A stretch of DNA of 64,000 bases. Origin: Takakia lepidozioides (lineage: Eukaryota > Plantae > Bryophyta). The notes beneath the pieces are model-generated. The model ran no database searches and was not told where the DNA came from. It saw nothing but the letters and a program-made list of their open reading frames with translations. The position numbers were made by a program, and so were the translations under genes. Positions 1 to 12,478 of this stretch are shown here, piece by piece; position 1 is the first letter of the stretch, and each line of letters begins with the position of its first letter. The stretch covers positions 46,996,001 through 47,060,000 of the forward strand of contig CM060732.1 in NCBI GenBank assembly GCA_030704615.1, read 5' to 3'.

Positions 1-571
1 GTCATCGGAAAATTGCGCGGAGCTAGAGTAGCATTTTATTGTTGTTTCCTCCTTTAGCTGGTTGGAGAACGTGCGCTGATGGTGGCCGGAGGGAATGCTT
101 AGATCCCTTTTGTTGTTTTGAGGTTCGGCCTTTGTATGAATTCCGAGTACCTACTTGTGTAGTTGTATCCTTCTGAGGTTTCAGAGTTTTGTCGGCCTCG
201 GTGTGAAGTGGATCTTGTCATCGGCGTAGGGGTGTAGTGCCGTGGTCCTGTTTCGGCAGCAGGTGAGTAGTGGCTGAATCGTTCTCATCGCCGTTCGTGC
301 CTCGGAGCTTTTCTGGTGTGCGGAGTGAAGCTAAGTTGAGGTAATTATAGGGTATTAGCACGTTTCTTTTCTGTGGTGGTGGACTTGATTGCTGCCTGAG
401 ATTGCTGAGGACTGAATGGGAGTTGCATTATTCAGATCTTTTAAGTGTCTACTATCTTGTCGACCTGTCGAAGTCGTTCTCTTGCTCTTTTGAAGGGATG
501 ACGAAGATGATTGTCTTCGGTTAGTGTCTTCTGTGTTGCTCTAACTTGTGGACTATTCCTCTTTGCAGGCA

Positions 572-2918
572 ATGGCGCCTCGCAAGCTAAGGAAGGCGCT
601 GGGGGCTGTAAAGGATCAGACCAGCATAGCTATTGCAAATGTAGGCGGCACAAAAGCCCCAGATCTTGACATTGCCTTGGTAAAGGCTACCAGCCACGAT
701 GAGAGTCCTGTGGATGATAAATATGTACAGGAGATTTTGCATCTGACCTCCTACTCACGGGGCTATGTGGCTGCATGTGTGGCCGGACTGGGCAAGCGGC
801 TGGGGAAGACACATAACTGGATTGTGGCTCTTAAGACCCTCATTCTCATACATCGTCTGCTGCGGGAGGGGGATCCTAGTTTTGAGCAAGAGCTTCTGAG
901 ACGTGGTATGCGTATGTTGAATCTTTCACACTTTAGAGATGACTCGCATTCCAATGCATGGGACTATTCTGCGTTCGTGCGCACCTATGCTCTGTTTCTT
1001 GATGAGCGTTTGGACTCGTCTGTCCCTGGTACACCCCTAGACAAGCGCCGATATGGCTATGAAAGATCCCCTACCAGGTCAAGCCATGGCACATCTCCAG
1101 GTGGTGACCGCAGATCTAGCTATGTGACATCCCCTGGCAGTCGTGATGATTCGGGCTACACCTACAGCGACCGTCCCTCACCTGGATATGAGGAGCGGAG
1201 ACACAGCTTCGACGGTGGTCGATCATCCCCTGGCGACTACCGCGACCGCAGGCTTGGTGAGGAGGATAAACGGGATAGAGAGGATGTGGCTATAAAGGAA
1301 ATGAAAGTGCAAGATTTGCTGGACAAACTTCCCATTTTGCAGCGGCTGATGGATCGCGTGCTGGGATGCCGCCCCACAGGTGCTGCCAAAAGCAACCGGC
1401 TGGTGCAGATTGCATTGTACCCGATGGTGAGGGAGAGCTTTCAGCTGTACTCAGATATATGTGACGGCATCACCATACTTCTAGACAAATTCTTTGACAT
1501 GGAACAGCCCAATTGTATCAAAACATTTGAGATTTATAACCGCACTGCCAAGCAAGGGGAAGAGCTTGCGTCTTTTTATGGCATATGCAAAAATTTCGGT
1601 ATCGGTCGGTCTTCTGAGTATCCTACAGTACAGAAGGTTTCGCAAGAGCATTTGGACACGTTGGAAGACTTTCTAAGGGATCGCTCACGGGCGCCAGCTA
1701 GCTCTCAGAGATCTAAAAGTCCAGAGCCTCAGCCCCTGCAGCTGACCTACAGGCCCCAAACACCTGAGCAGGAACCTGAAGCTAGCAGCCACACAGCAGA
1801 CATCCATGTTGAAGCCTCTCCTCCAAGAGACGTACCTCAAGTACAGCCTGTGCCTGTGCCTGTGCATGAAGGAGGTAATATTGTGGTTTTGAAAGCAATT
1901 TGCACAGTTGTGGGCAGTAATGTGCCTTTGTTTCTATGTACCTATGAGTAGATCAAAATTGTCATCTTCTGCCCCCTGAGTCTCTGGTGATGATTCAACC
2001 CATCATTATCATCTTGGTCACAGGAATTTGCAGACATACTCTTGCTTTCCCATTGCCAGAGACTGGTGTTTTGTTGGAAATGCTTCAGGGAGCTCTGTAT
2101 TATGTATAATGACTGAATGTCTGTGCGAAGCTAGTGGCTACTTATGTGAGACAGAAACTCTTCTTGTTTGTTGTAGTCTGCAGCTATGTTGGATGGTTCT
2201 GATGCAACAGTGCTGTACATCTGCAGATCTGCTGAACCTGGACAAAGCATCCATCTCACCACAAGAGCAGGAAGATAAACTTGCTCTCGCACTATTCTCG
2301 GGTGCGTCTGGAACAGCCAGCAATAGCAACTGGGCAACATTCAATGGAGAATCAGATCAAGCAAGGCAGAGCAATGGAGCATGGCAGCCTGATGCCACAG
2401 AGAATGGGAAAGCAGGCTGGGAGCTTGCATTGGTGGCTTCAACCAGCAATCTGTCTCAACCAGCAACTGGGATCCTTGCAGGCGGTTTTGATCCGCTCCT
2501 ATTAAACAGCATGTATGATCAGGGAGCTGTTCGTCAAAAGCAGGCATCTGCTGCTGCTCCTTCCGGAAGTGCCAGTAGTGTGGCTCTACCACACCGACCA
2601 GCATCCTCTTTTTTGGCCTTGCCTGCACCACCTGGTGGGATGCCATTGCCTGAGGGAGGAGAGGACCCTTTTGCAGCATCAGCAGTGGTCCCTCCTCCTT
2701 CCTATGTGCAAATGGCAGACATGAACAAAAAGCAGCAGCTGCTATCGCAGGAGCAGCAGTTGTGGCAGCAATATCAAATGGATGGTATGCGCGGTGAGCA
2801 AAGCCTCATGAGGTTCAGCAGTAATCCTTATGGTCCTGGTATGATGCCTCCAAATGGGATGGCTCTTCCATACTATGGAGTGGGAATGCCCGTGCAAAAC
2901 TATCATGCTTCTTATTAG
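572..2918 (+). CDS. ANTH-domain clathrin assembly protein (PICALM/AP180-like); join(572..1874,2227..2918), about 664 aa
   Basis: N-terminus has LRKALGAVKDQTSI, DLDIALVKATSHD, WIVALKTLILIHRLLREGD and WDYSAFVRTYALFLDERL. C-terminus has GWELALV, GGFDPLLLNSMY and DPFAASAVVPPPSYVQMADM. A GT-AG intron at 1875-2226 joins the two ORFs in frame (G|AT = Asp). Confidence 0.95.
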
Positions 2919-4165
2919 CCCGAATTTGTACATTTTCACTAGGACCTCATTGCAACTGAACGGATGCACAACAAGTGAGGAGGTAGGTGAAGTTACTAGG
3001 TTTTTGGTGGCCTCCACACATTCTTTTGGCTCTCTTTTACTGGAGTAGACTGGTTATGACTTCCACTTGCGTGGACCATTTTTCACAATACCTGTCCTTA
3101 TCTTGTCTTTAGAACCTATATTCATAAGTTCATCAATCAAGCCTGCTCAGGACACAGTCAAAGGCATGTTGCAATTCCTCTTTTCTCCCAAGAGTGCTTC
3201 ATATTTTGTATTCTTTTGTTCACAAATTTTGTGAAGGAAAGGTGTTTCTATCAAAGAGCATTTTAATTGAGCCCTGTGAGCACGCACTACAGCCTCTCAC
3301 CAAAATGCCACTTGAAAGCTCTAGTTTCCTAGTTTGCAAATGTGGTTGTCTGTAGACCACAGAAGTCCTCATTTACAAATCAGTGTGGGGCTGTAAACTT
3401 CCTTTCTTTTCTTCCTTAAGTTGTCTTTTGGACCAGGTGTGGCCTAACCATTCCATCATTGATTTCCTCTAACCTGCAAACTCTGTTCGAGTCTAATGCG
3501 CTGCTGCGTTCTAACGATGAAGGAGACGAACATCTTCAACGCCGCCTTGGGTTGGCTAGCGTCCCTATCCCCATTTGGTGTTCTCAGAAGCTGACCCTCA
3601 ATGCCGAGCTGCAGTTATGCAGGCATCATCAAACAGCCATTTCTGATTTGCTGTTGCGATCCAAGCTTCACTGCCACAGAGTGAAGGGTATACACCAAGG
3701 TCTTACTTTTCAAGAGTGAGCTTAACACACACATTCCTTCAAAATCGAGATATTCTCTAGCTAACTAAGGACTTGAAGGGAACAAAGTGTTTATCATGGA
3801 AAGGAGTTATCTACAAAGGGAACGTAAAAGAACTCGATCGTTTTGAAAGGGAACGAGAACATGTCTTCTTCCCCCTCTTCGTATCTAGAAAGCCTCCGAA
3901 ATCTTCTCTCTGTTTTACAGCACCATGTCTTCTCATATGGATATGAAGGCAGCAAGATCTGCAAAGAATGAATGTGTTTCAGTGAGACGCACCAGACATG
4001 CTATGCGTGATCTTTAAGCAACAGGAGCACCAGGTGAAGATCAATGGAGATGGACAGCATCATCTTGTCCTGCCAGCCTTTGGTATTTGAAGTGTTTTTA
4101 CTTCACTTCTGTTTTGCCTCGTGCATCCTCATACAGAGAAACAAAGGTATGTGCCAATTGTTCAC

Positions 4166-7100
4166 ATGCAGTCCACGCACTTGAAGGGTGCTAGCCGCAA
4201 CATGCATGAGGAACATGATGAAGATGAACAACAAAGCTTGCTAGCAAGCCGGACTGGGAGACATGGGCTGCTGGCAGCAGCGGCTTCCCTCACAGGGCTC
4301 AGTTATGCCCGCACACGCACACTTCGTAGAAGAAGGCTGTGGGCTGTAACAAATTCCAAGAAAGCATGGGCCTGGAGGGTATTGATATGGCCAGTCGGGA
4401 AGATTCACAAGATACAAAAGTTCAATCCTTCGGCAGCATTGCCTGTGAAAGCGGGGATTGCAGCCTTTATTTCAGGACTGCTTTGTTTTGCCCCAGGGTT
4501 TCTTGCATCCCTTAGCAAAAATGGAGTGTGGGCAGTGATCACTGCCGACTATGTTTTGGAGACACATGTTGGCTCTACGTTCAGCAAAGGTACGTCATTT
4601 GTTCCAGGAAGGGAGTTCTAGATGTTCTGGTCTCTGTTCCCCTTAGGTTTCCGAATGAGGCAGCGAGTTTATTATTCACAACGAGGAGAACAGGGGCTTG
4701 TGTCATAGTTCCTCAAAGATGTATTAGAACTACTTTTTTGGAGAGATTATTAGACCTTGTTAACAATTTGCAGCACTTGATTTGTAATGAGAAATAGTGG
4801 TTACTGTTAAGGAGCAAGCTTGAAGGAGTAGAGCAGCCAAAGAGCATTGAGCACACTAACAAGAATCTGTGATCTCTTAGTTCTGATTCCAATGCTCCAT
4901 GATGGCCAGAATTGCCAAAATAGAAAGAGCTGAAGTGTGCAATCTGGAGTTTAAAAGAAGTTCAACTGTCCACTGAAATCAATAAAGGCAGGTTAATTTG
5001 TGTGGACATGTGAGGTCCTAGATTGGCGAAGTTCGCAGAATGGGGTGAATTGTCTACTGTTAGAAGTGCAATCATGTGATCTGTACTAGAGAAGCAGTCA
5101 AATGGGTGAATACAGGTGTGAATCGAATGCTTGGGACATTGCTGGCTTCATCAATGGCCTTGCTTGTTGATTACTGCAGCCCTCATCTTGGAGCATTTGA
5201 GACGCACTTTCTCCTCCTCTGTACATTTCTTGGAGGTGCAATTCCAACAATGTTCAAATCCCGACGACTCTTCAAAGACCGCTTGAATAATGCAGTTGTT
5301 ATGTCAACAATCACCTTCCACATTCTCATTCTTGCCAAAAGTGATCAGAAAACGAGGCTTCCTTTCATTCGGCTTGCCACAACTGTAATTGGTTTTTTTG
5401 TTGCATCACTGGTGAATATTTGCATCTTGCCAACATTTGCTGGGAGTGCGATTAACACTCTCATCGCCAAAAACTTTGAACATGCCAGCACTGTGGTGGA
5501 AAAGTGTGTGCTGAAGTACGGCCAAGGCACAGCGCTGCATCAGATCCCTGACATTCTGAGCGACCGGTCATCTGGCAATGATTTACATGCTTGTTTCCAT
5601 GAAGTTTTTGCTGCAGACTCTGAAGTGGATAAGCTTGTGGGTCTCACTCTGTCAAGTAATTTTCCCCATAGGTCGAGGTCTTACACTAACGGACACTAAA
5701 AAGATAGCCCAATTACCAGTAGGGTTGTGCATTTTGCTACTGAGCTGCAGTTTTTGGTGCAGCAGGAAGCAATCACTGTGCACTTTTCTCTGTGCTGTAT
5801 CTGTGTTGAAGAAACAAGAATAATTGAGAGCCTTATCTTGCAGCTGACCTCTGCATATGTGTGGTGATCTGGGTGCGGAAGATGACAGCGACAAGTTTTG
5901 AGCCTCCCCATGGCAGATTTTTCTGCGGGTACCCCTGGTACCTCTATGAGGATGTACTTGACAACTTGCGGCACATATTGTATGATGTCGTGGCTCTAGA
6001 TTCATGTCTGCGTGGGGAAATCCAAGCGCCATTGAATCTGCGTGTCATATTTGAGGCTGAATTTATGGCCCTCGGCAAGTTATGCGCAGAGTAAGCCTTC
6101 CCTCTCTTTTTCTTTCCTTTCTCATCTTTCTCTATTGGACAAAAGGGACAATACCATTGAGTTGTTTGCACCAGTGTGTGGCACTACAAGTGAAAGGAAA
6201 GGAGGGCCCTAATGGCACTCCAGCAGGATTGCCGGGAAACCACCACCTATGCCAGCCAAATAGAGAACAGTGTCCAGTCTGACTTTATATGCCAAGTAAA
6301 GTTGAAAACCCATGGGTCAAGTCATCCTTGCAGCAGTATGGCTTGAACCGAACGCTCTTCTTTATAGGCTGAGATTTATCATCACAATGCCACCCTTCAG
6401 TGTGCCAGTGTTGTCTCTGATAGGTTTTTAGCAAGGAGCTTTCATAGTGTGGACCCCATTTTTCTGTCTAGAGCTGAACTTGGCCTGACACATAGCCGTT
6501 TTTTGTTTGGGAGACTTGAAGCTGCTTTATGGATTCAGTTTTCCCAATGAACCCGTAAAATCCAAGCGTGTGTTTGGGGTTCTTGTTCTTCTCTTTCCTC
6601 CTGGGTTTTGGTCATTGCACATCCGGCGACTCCGCAGTTTAACATCTAACACCACTGTCACTTTGCTACAACCTCACCTGTCAGGGATGCAGGCCTTTAC
6701 AGAGATGCCATTCATCTTTTACCCTGCAAGGTCATCACATAATCCATCATATTTGCATATTCTCCACTTGGATTGCCTTAGTATTGTCTAACTGAATCAA
6801 CATGTTATGCTCTGCTTGTTATGGTTATGATTGGACAACCAAGATGTAGTCTAGTGGTAATGGGACATACCACCTTGGAAGGGGCTGTGGTTTCAATCCA
6901 CCGATTGGTGTCACAAATGTGTCCACCTTCCAGCCGGAAGGCAGTAGCCCTTGGTGTCGAGAGACATCCTAATTTACGCTTCCTTTGGGAGGCGTCATAC
7001 TTTACTTCACTTTGGTTATGATTGTGATGACTCACTTTGCTCTGCCATGTGTTGGCTTCTAAGGAACAATCATAACCAATTACAGGATGGAGGCCGTGAC

Positions 7101-8607
7101 CAAATGTAATTCCTACATGTAGATTCCCTGTACAGTTGTTCTTCATTTGTCTGGAAACCAGATTGAGGATCTCCTCTCAGTGGTTTTTAAACTGTTTATC
7201 GGGCAGTGTCTTTCGAGGACTAGGACAAACAATGCGCCAAATGGAACAAGTTGACAGCCACCCAATCCTGGAGAGGGCTGATGAGATTGCCATTTTGCTG
7301 CAACACAAGATTGCTAAGTACACTGATTCCTTGCTGGGAACCTCCGGGGGGGCTCCATGCTCTGTTCCTCCCAGAGGTGATGTGAAGGACCATACAGGGA
7401 GCTTTCTATTAGTGGCACTTGATGAAGGCTACGGTGAATCATCTAGGAGAAAAAATGTCGGACCTAAAGAAGAGGAAGTCAGCCCTTCGAGGCAGCCAGA
7501 GTTGGAGCATTCAATGTAACAGGCCACTGTGCACTTTCTTTGTGATTGATGTTTACTGGGCATGGGCATGGTAGCATCTGTTGTCTGTTAGGAAGTGTAC
7601 CCTCTCTTCCCGCCAGGCTCAAGGAGCATACCTATATAGCATATGCCATAGCTGTTGGTATTCTCAGTGTTGTTGACAACAACCCTGCGCTAAGCAGGGA
7701 GAAGTCTGTCTTGGCACGGTTGATACCTGATCTAGATGAGTGGCTTCATGAAATTTTTTATCTCCTTCCCTCGAAGAGTTCTTAAGAACCATTGTTTTCC
7801 AGCAACTGATGACTTGACAAACGTAGCCTTCATAGAATTTTGACAAACAACAACTGCAGACCTTACGTTGATTTTTGATGAAACAACAACCATGCTTGTA
7901 TTTTGTTAGGGTGATCTTGGTGGAGTCCCTTGGTGAGTTCTATACTACTTGAACGTTTGCCTCAGGTTGGTTGGGTGCCACCTCTGTTGAGCCAGTGTAA
8001 TCATACCTCATTCAAACTGTCTGGCAAAGTTACTGCGTACAACAGCCCAAATGTTGGCCAAGGAGTATCAATTCACACTATCAACGTTCACTGCCATTGG
8101 GTGACTGTAAAACATGGTAGCTGAGGGATGCCTCCCCTTTCTGTGAAAGAAGCTATTATAAGTGGCTCAGGCCATTTACTACTCTTGAATTTGAGTTTGG
8201 CATAGTTGAGTCAAAAGTTTTGTGCACTTAACTTGGCTGCTGGACACAAACATCACATGGATCTGGTGTGTCCTTTAGCATTATGGTGGATGTGCAGATC
8301 CGAAGATCGAAAGTCAACGAGAGAGAATATCGGAACGAATGTCTACAGTTGTGACGAGAATGCAAGGACCACAATTCAGGAAAACATGAAGAGGAGAGGA
8401 TCAATAGGGCAGCACTATGACATCACAGTGAAACGCTTAGGGGCACTCTCTCTCCTCAAATTTGCATCTCTTCTCATAGAATTGACAGCAAAGGCCAAGT
8501 ATGTAGTGAGTGTTGTTGACGATCTTGCTGTCAAGGCCCGCTTCAACAACGCTGGCCCTTGCAGTGTGCGGCTTCATGAAGTGGATAGTGCAGTTGGAAC
8601 CCTCTGA
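4166..8607 (+). CDS. ALMT: Aluminium-activated malate transporter (ALMT) family; approx join(4166..4589,5116..5636,5882..6090,7207..7515,8298..8607)
   Basis: Motifs WAVITADYVLETHVGSTFSKG|VNRMLGT, FEPPHGRF..YPW..Y, ALDSCLRGEIQAP and C-terminal FASLLIEL...DDLAVKARF. Splice phases are consistent. The start codon and the exon-3 acceptor are uncertain. Confidence 0.85.
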
Positions 8608-10259
8608 TGTTTCCAAGCCAGACAGCAACTTACTGTCTTGAAAACAGGATCGAGCGTTCTGTAGAAAGGATTGGGTCAGTTGGTCTGATTCTCTATACTT
8701 GCATGTTCACAAATTCAAATCCTGAAAACAAAACTGAATTATCTCAATCATGTAGGGCATAATAGAGTATACACAAGTTTGTTTGTAATTGCAGATGTAG
8801 CAACAGGTGAAAACGAATACAAATCAGGATGCATAGTGATGGAAGAACTGTTGTAACTTGACTTTCAGAACTGTCATTTTGACAGTGTCTTTGCCTCTTG
8901 CAGGTTGTGGTGTCGTCATCTACTATTAGAGATTCGCATAGTTCATGTTGCAACCCGACAAGTGAGTAACCCCTCTCTTGCTCTAATGTTTCTCCTTTCC
9001 TTGAACAAGGATTAATCTTTGAAGGGTATTGCATGAATGCCTAATCTCATACTGCCTGAACCGGCTTATGAACCTATCCATACTCAACAATTGTAGTTTC
9101 AGTTCAATCCATTTCACAATGTTTTGAAGTTCATGCTGTGTGCTTTGACATGCGGGTGCGTAGTTTTGGCGTACACAAGGCCCACCTTTCTCCAATAGCT
9201 CACTTGTACAATAACATTATGAAGTAGCATCCATCTATTTTAAACCAACATGGTGGAAAAGAGCGTCACCATGCAATGAGACAAGTACAGATTTGTATTC
9301 ATTGTCTTCAGGTGGTTTCTAGCATGAAGAGCAATTGACTGAGTGGGTTTCCCAGAACCTGTTAATTTGTAGGATAGAGTGTAGTATATGTTGTTCGAAG
9401 AGGCTAAGTGCATTTAGTGCAAAAGAGACTCTTGAAGCAACTATAAACCTTGTAGAATTAGTAGGGACATGGTAGCATTGAGTGTTGATGACTTTGATGA
9501 TGACAATGAAGATTGATAGTATCAATGGTCTTATATGTACGCTTCCAATAGCCCACATCTTTTTAATTAACTTTGAGAAATTGGAATTTAAATGACAGAC
9601 ATGAGTCATGCTAGTAAAAATGTCTTGTGAATCATGAGGGCCCAGGAAGTACTAAGTTACTTTGTAGCTAATGAATATAGATTCTCAGTCTTAAATATTG
9701 AAATTACACATTACAAATTGCAAGGTTTTATTTTTCTCATTTAGCTATTTTTGGTCACGAAGCAATGTCTCTTGTGTTAGTATCCATGACTCCATTAGCA
9801 AGGTTAATTTTTTTGTGCCCCTTCTAATATTATTCAGTGCCTTTGTCCTTTTCTTCACACACACACATACACATATAATATATGAAAAAACTGACAAAGG
9901 TACTGAATAATACTAGAAGACTTGTATCAATATATATATATCAATCAATATATGAAGCGAGATGTTGGCTCTCTAGAGAGAGACTATGCGGAGACATGCA
10001 AGTCAATGGAGAAAATGTGGTCAAAGTACCTTACACCGTGTCAAGGCGCTGATTGGTGTGTAGTGCTGACTGTGCAAAGCAAGAACCGTTTGAGGCTTGT
10101 TTTGTTTCGTTTTGCTTGTTTGTTTGTAGCGTCGTTGAGATCTCCTAAACCGGCCCGTGCGGGTGCTTGGTGCCGTTGGAAAGCCCTCGATGAAGAGGGT
10201 GCACTGGCTTGGTCTCATGATTTTTGGACCAACGGTGTGGGAGATGTCGAATTTCAAGT

Positions 10260-11320
10260 GCGAAATTCGTGAAAAATGGCAAAGTGGGCTTTCCTGGAGC
10301 AAAGATTGGCCCTTCGCGTGCGAGATTTGGAATTTCAAGTACTATTGGTCGCTGGAAATTCACAAAATATAGCAAATTGGGCATTCCCTGGACAATCGTT
10401 GGAGCCTCAACATGAGAGATATCAAGGAAAATGTCTCCAGTTCAAATGTGGTGGTAGGCTCGGTGGAAAAAAAATGATTAGAGTTAGCAAAGTGGGCTTT
10501 CCTGGGAGCAGTGATTGGCCCTTCACGTGTTTGGAATTTCAAGTACTTTTGGTCGCTGGAAATCAAAAAATAGCAAAGTGGAGATATATCAATATATGAA
10601 GGGGAGATTGCAAAAATAGCAAAGTGGGCTTTGTCGGAACAATGACGTGGATATCTCCCAAAGCGTAGGGTCTATGGATACATAGGGGATTGCACTTGGA
10701 CTTAAATGAGTGGACACTGGAGGTTGCACTTGGGCCTCAACATAGGAGACACACGGATACATATGAAATTGCACTTGGTCTTAGATTTTAATTCTTCAGA
10801 CATGGGCCAAAGGGACATGCTACCCTAGAGGTCACACTTGGGCCTGGACATTGGGCCTCAACATAGGAGACACACTGGATACATATGAAATTGCACTTGG
10901 TCTTAGATTTTAATTCTTCAGACATGGGCCAAAGGGACATGCTACCCTAGAGGTCACACTTGGGCCTGGACATAGGAGAGGCACTGGGATACATAGATGG
11001 AATACATAGAAGGTCTACACTTGGGCTTAGATGACAATGGACATTTGGGCCTCTACACGGGAGATGCACTTGGATACATAGACGATTGCACTTGGGCTTG
11101 GATGGGCCTTGACATAGGAGACGCATTGGGATACATAGGGAATTGCACTTGGTGGTAGACTTTATGAGGAAAAAATGATGAGATATGGCTAAAACAAATT
11201 TCAAGTACTTTGGGTCGCTGGACAATGATTGGAGCTTCCACAGGAGAGATAACAGGAAAAGGTTTCCGGTTCGAATCTGGTCGTAGGCTCTGTGGAAAAA
11301 AATGATTAGATATTTGGCAA
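10260..11320. repeat. Repeat-rich intergenic element with internal direct repeats (probable non-autonomous TE)
   Basis: Near-exact tandem duplication of about 121 bp (10731-10850 vs 10852-10972). TGCACTTGGG, GGATACATA and AGCAAAGTGGGCTTT motifs recur, and ATTTCAAGTACT..TGGTCGCTGGA occurs three times. Confidence 0.6.
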
Positions 11321-11396
11321 GAAGCTCATCTTTCCCTAAAACTATTAGTCAAGCCAAATGGAAGATAACCAAGCACATTGCTAACCAGCTACACAA

Positions 11397-11671
11397 ACAA
11401 CGTTTGTTTTTTGAAATTGGAAAATATCAGGAGTGGCTACTGAGTTTCGCAAGAAATAGCCATATTTTCTGTCCATCCACTGAAAATTGGATAGAATCAG
11501 CCTCATCTGTACTTTCAGCCATGTATATTCTCCATATTTGGCAAATTCATCCATAATTTATATTTTATTTGGCGATTTCATCCATGAGAAAATAGGGAAT
11601 TTACGACAAAATATTCCATTTATTTTTTGAGGTCGAAATATTTCGAAAATTCGCCAGAAATAAAAACACTG
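11397..11671. mobile_element. Small hAT-like MITE
   Basis: 8-bp direct repeat CTACACAA at 11389-11396 and 11672-11679. The right end is ...TAAAAACACTG and the left end CAACGTTTGTTTTT is a degenerate match. The interior is AT-rich. Confidence 0.5.
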
Positions 11672-12478
11672 CTACACAATCCCAAAGCTTTGAGCATTAT
11701 TTGTTTGTCCCCTGTGTCAAAAATTTAAATTGATTCTTCCAGTTTTTCCTTGTCTTTTTCCTTTTTGGTGACATTGGAAGGATGAAACCGACCCATTCAT
11801 CCATCCATGTCATCCTTTCGTTGTCCTTGACCTAAGGGTTTGCAAGCAGACCGATGACGGGCCGGGTCAGAGATGAGATCGCGGGCTGGGTGGTGCCACC
11901 CACCATGCCCGGCTCTGCCTTGCAAGGCCTGCTCTTGTGCTTTCTGTGTGTCTATTGTTCAGAGATTGGTGCGTTTGTTTGGCTTAACAGAGATTTCTGT
12001 GGGAGCTCGTGCTGTGCTTTAGGTTGTTGTTGAGGGTAAAGTGTAGATCTTTGCTACTCGAGGGTTTTCGTGTCGTGAGGTACAGGGTAGCGAGGGAGGA
12101 GGAAGCTGATGGAGTGGAGAGATGACGACTGATGAGAGATTGTGTAGGAAGGACTGGAGAAGGCAACCAAATTGTGCCTTCAGTTTGAATGTACAAGGTG
12201 GGCTGTGATTGAAGGGATAGTGAATAGCCGTGATGGTGTTGAGGGTATCGAAATCAGTTAAAGTTGCTGGAGACTGTTACGTGATAAAATAGGGCTGGTG
12301 AGAAAGTATTCTTCAGCTAGTTTGCGGGATTCCACTTTGTACTTTCAGATGCTCTGGGTAACATAACGTCCTTCAAAATTGGGTACATGTAATGAATTTC
12401 GCAAGGGGAAGAGATACTTATAGAGATTAGGGCGCATGAACTGGTCTCTGGCATTCTGAATTTGCGGCGAAGGACAAG

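Noticed and set aside
9930-10610. Helitron 5' ends (TCAATATATGAAG..GAGA)
   Set aside because: No convincing 3' hairpin plus CTRR terminus was found.
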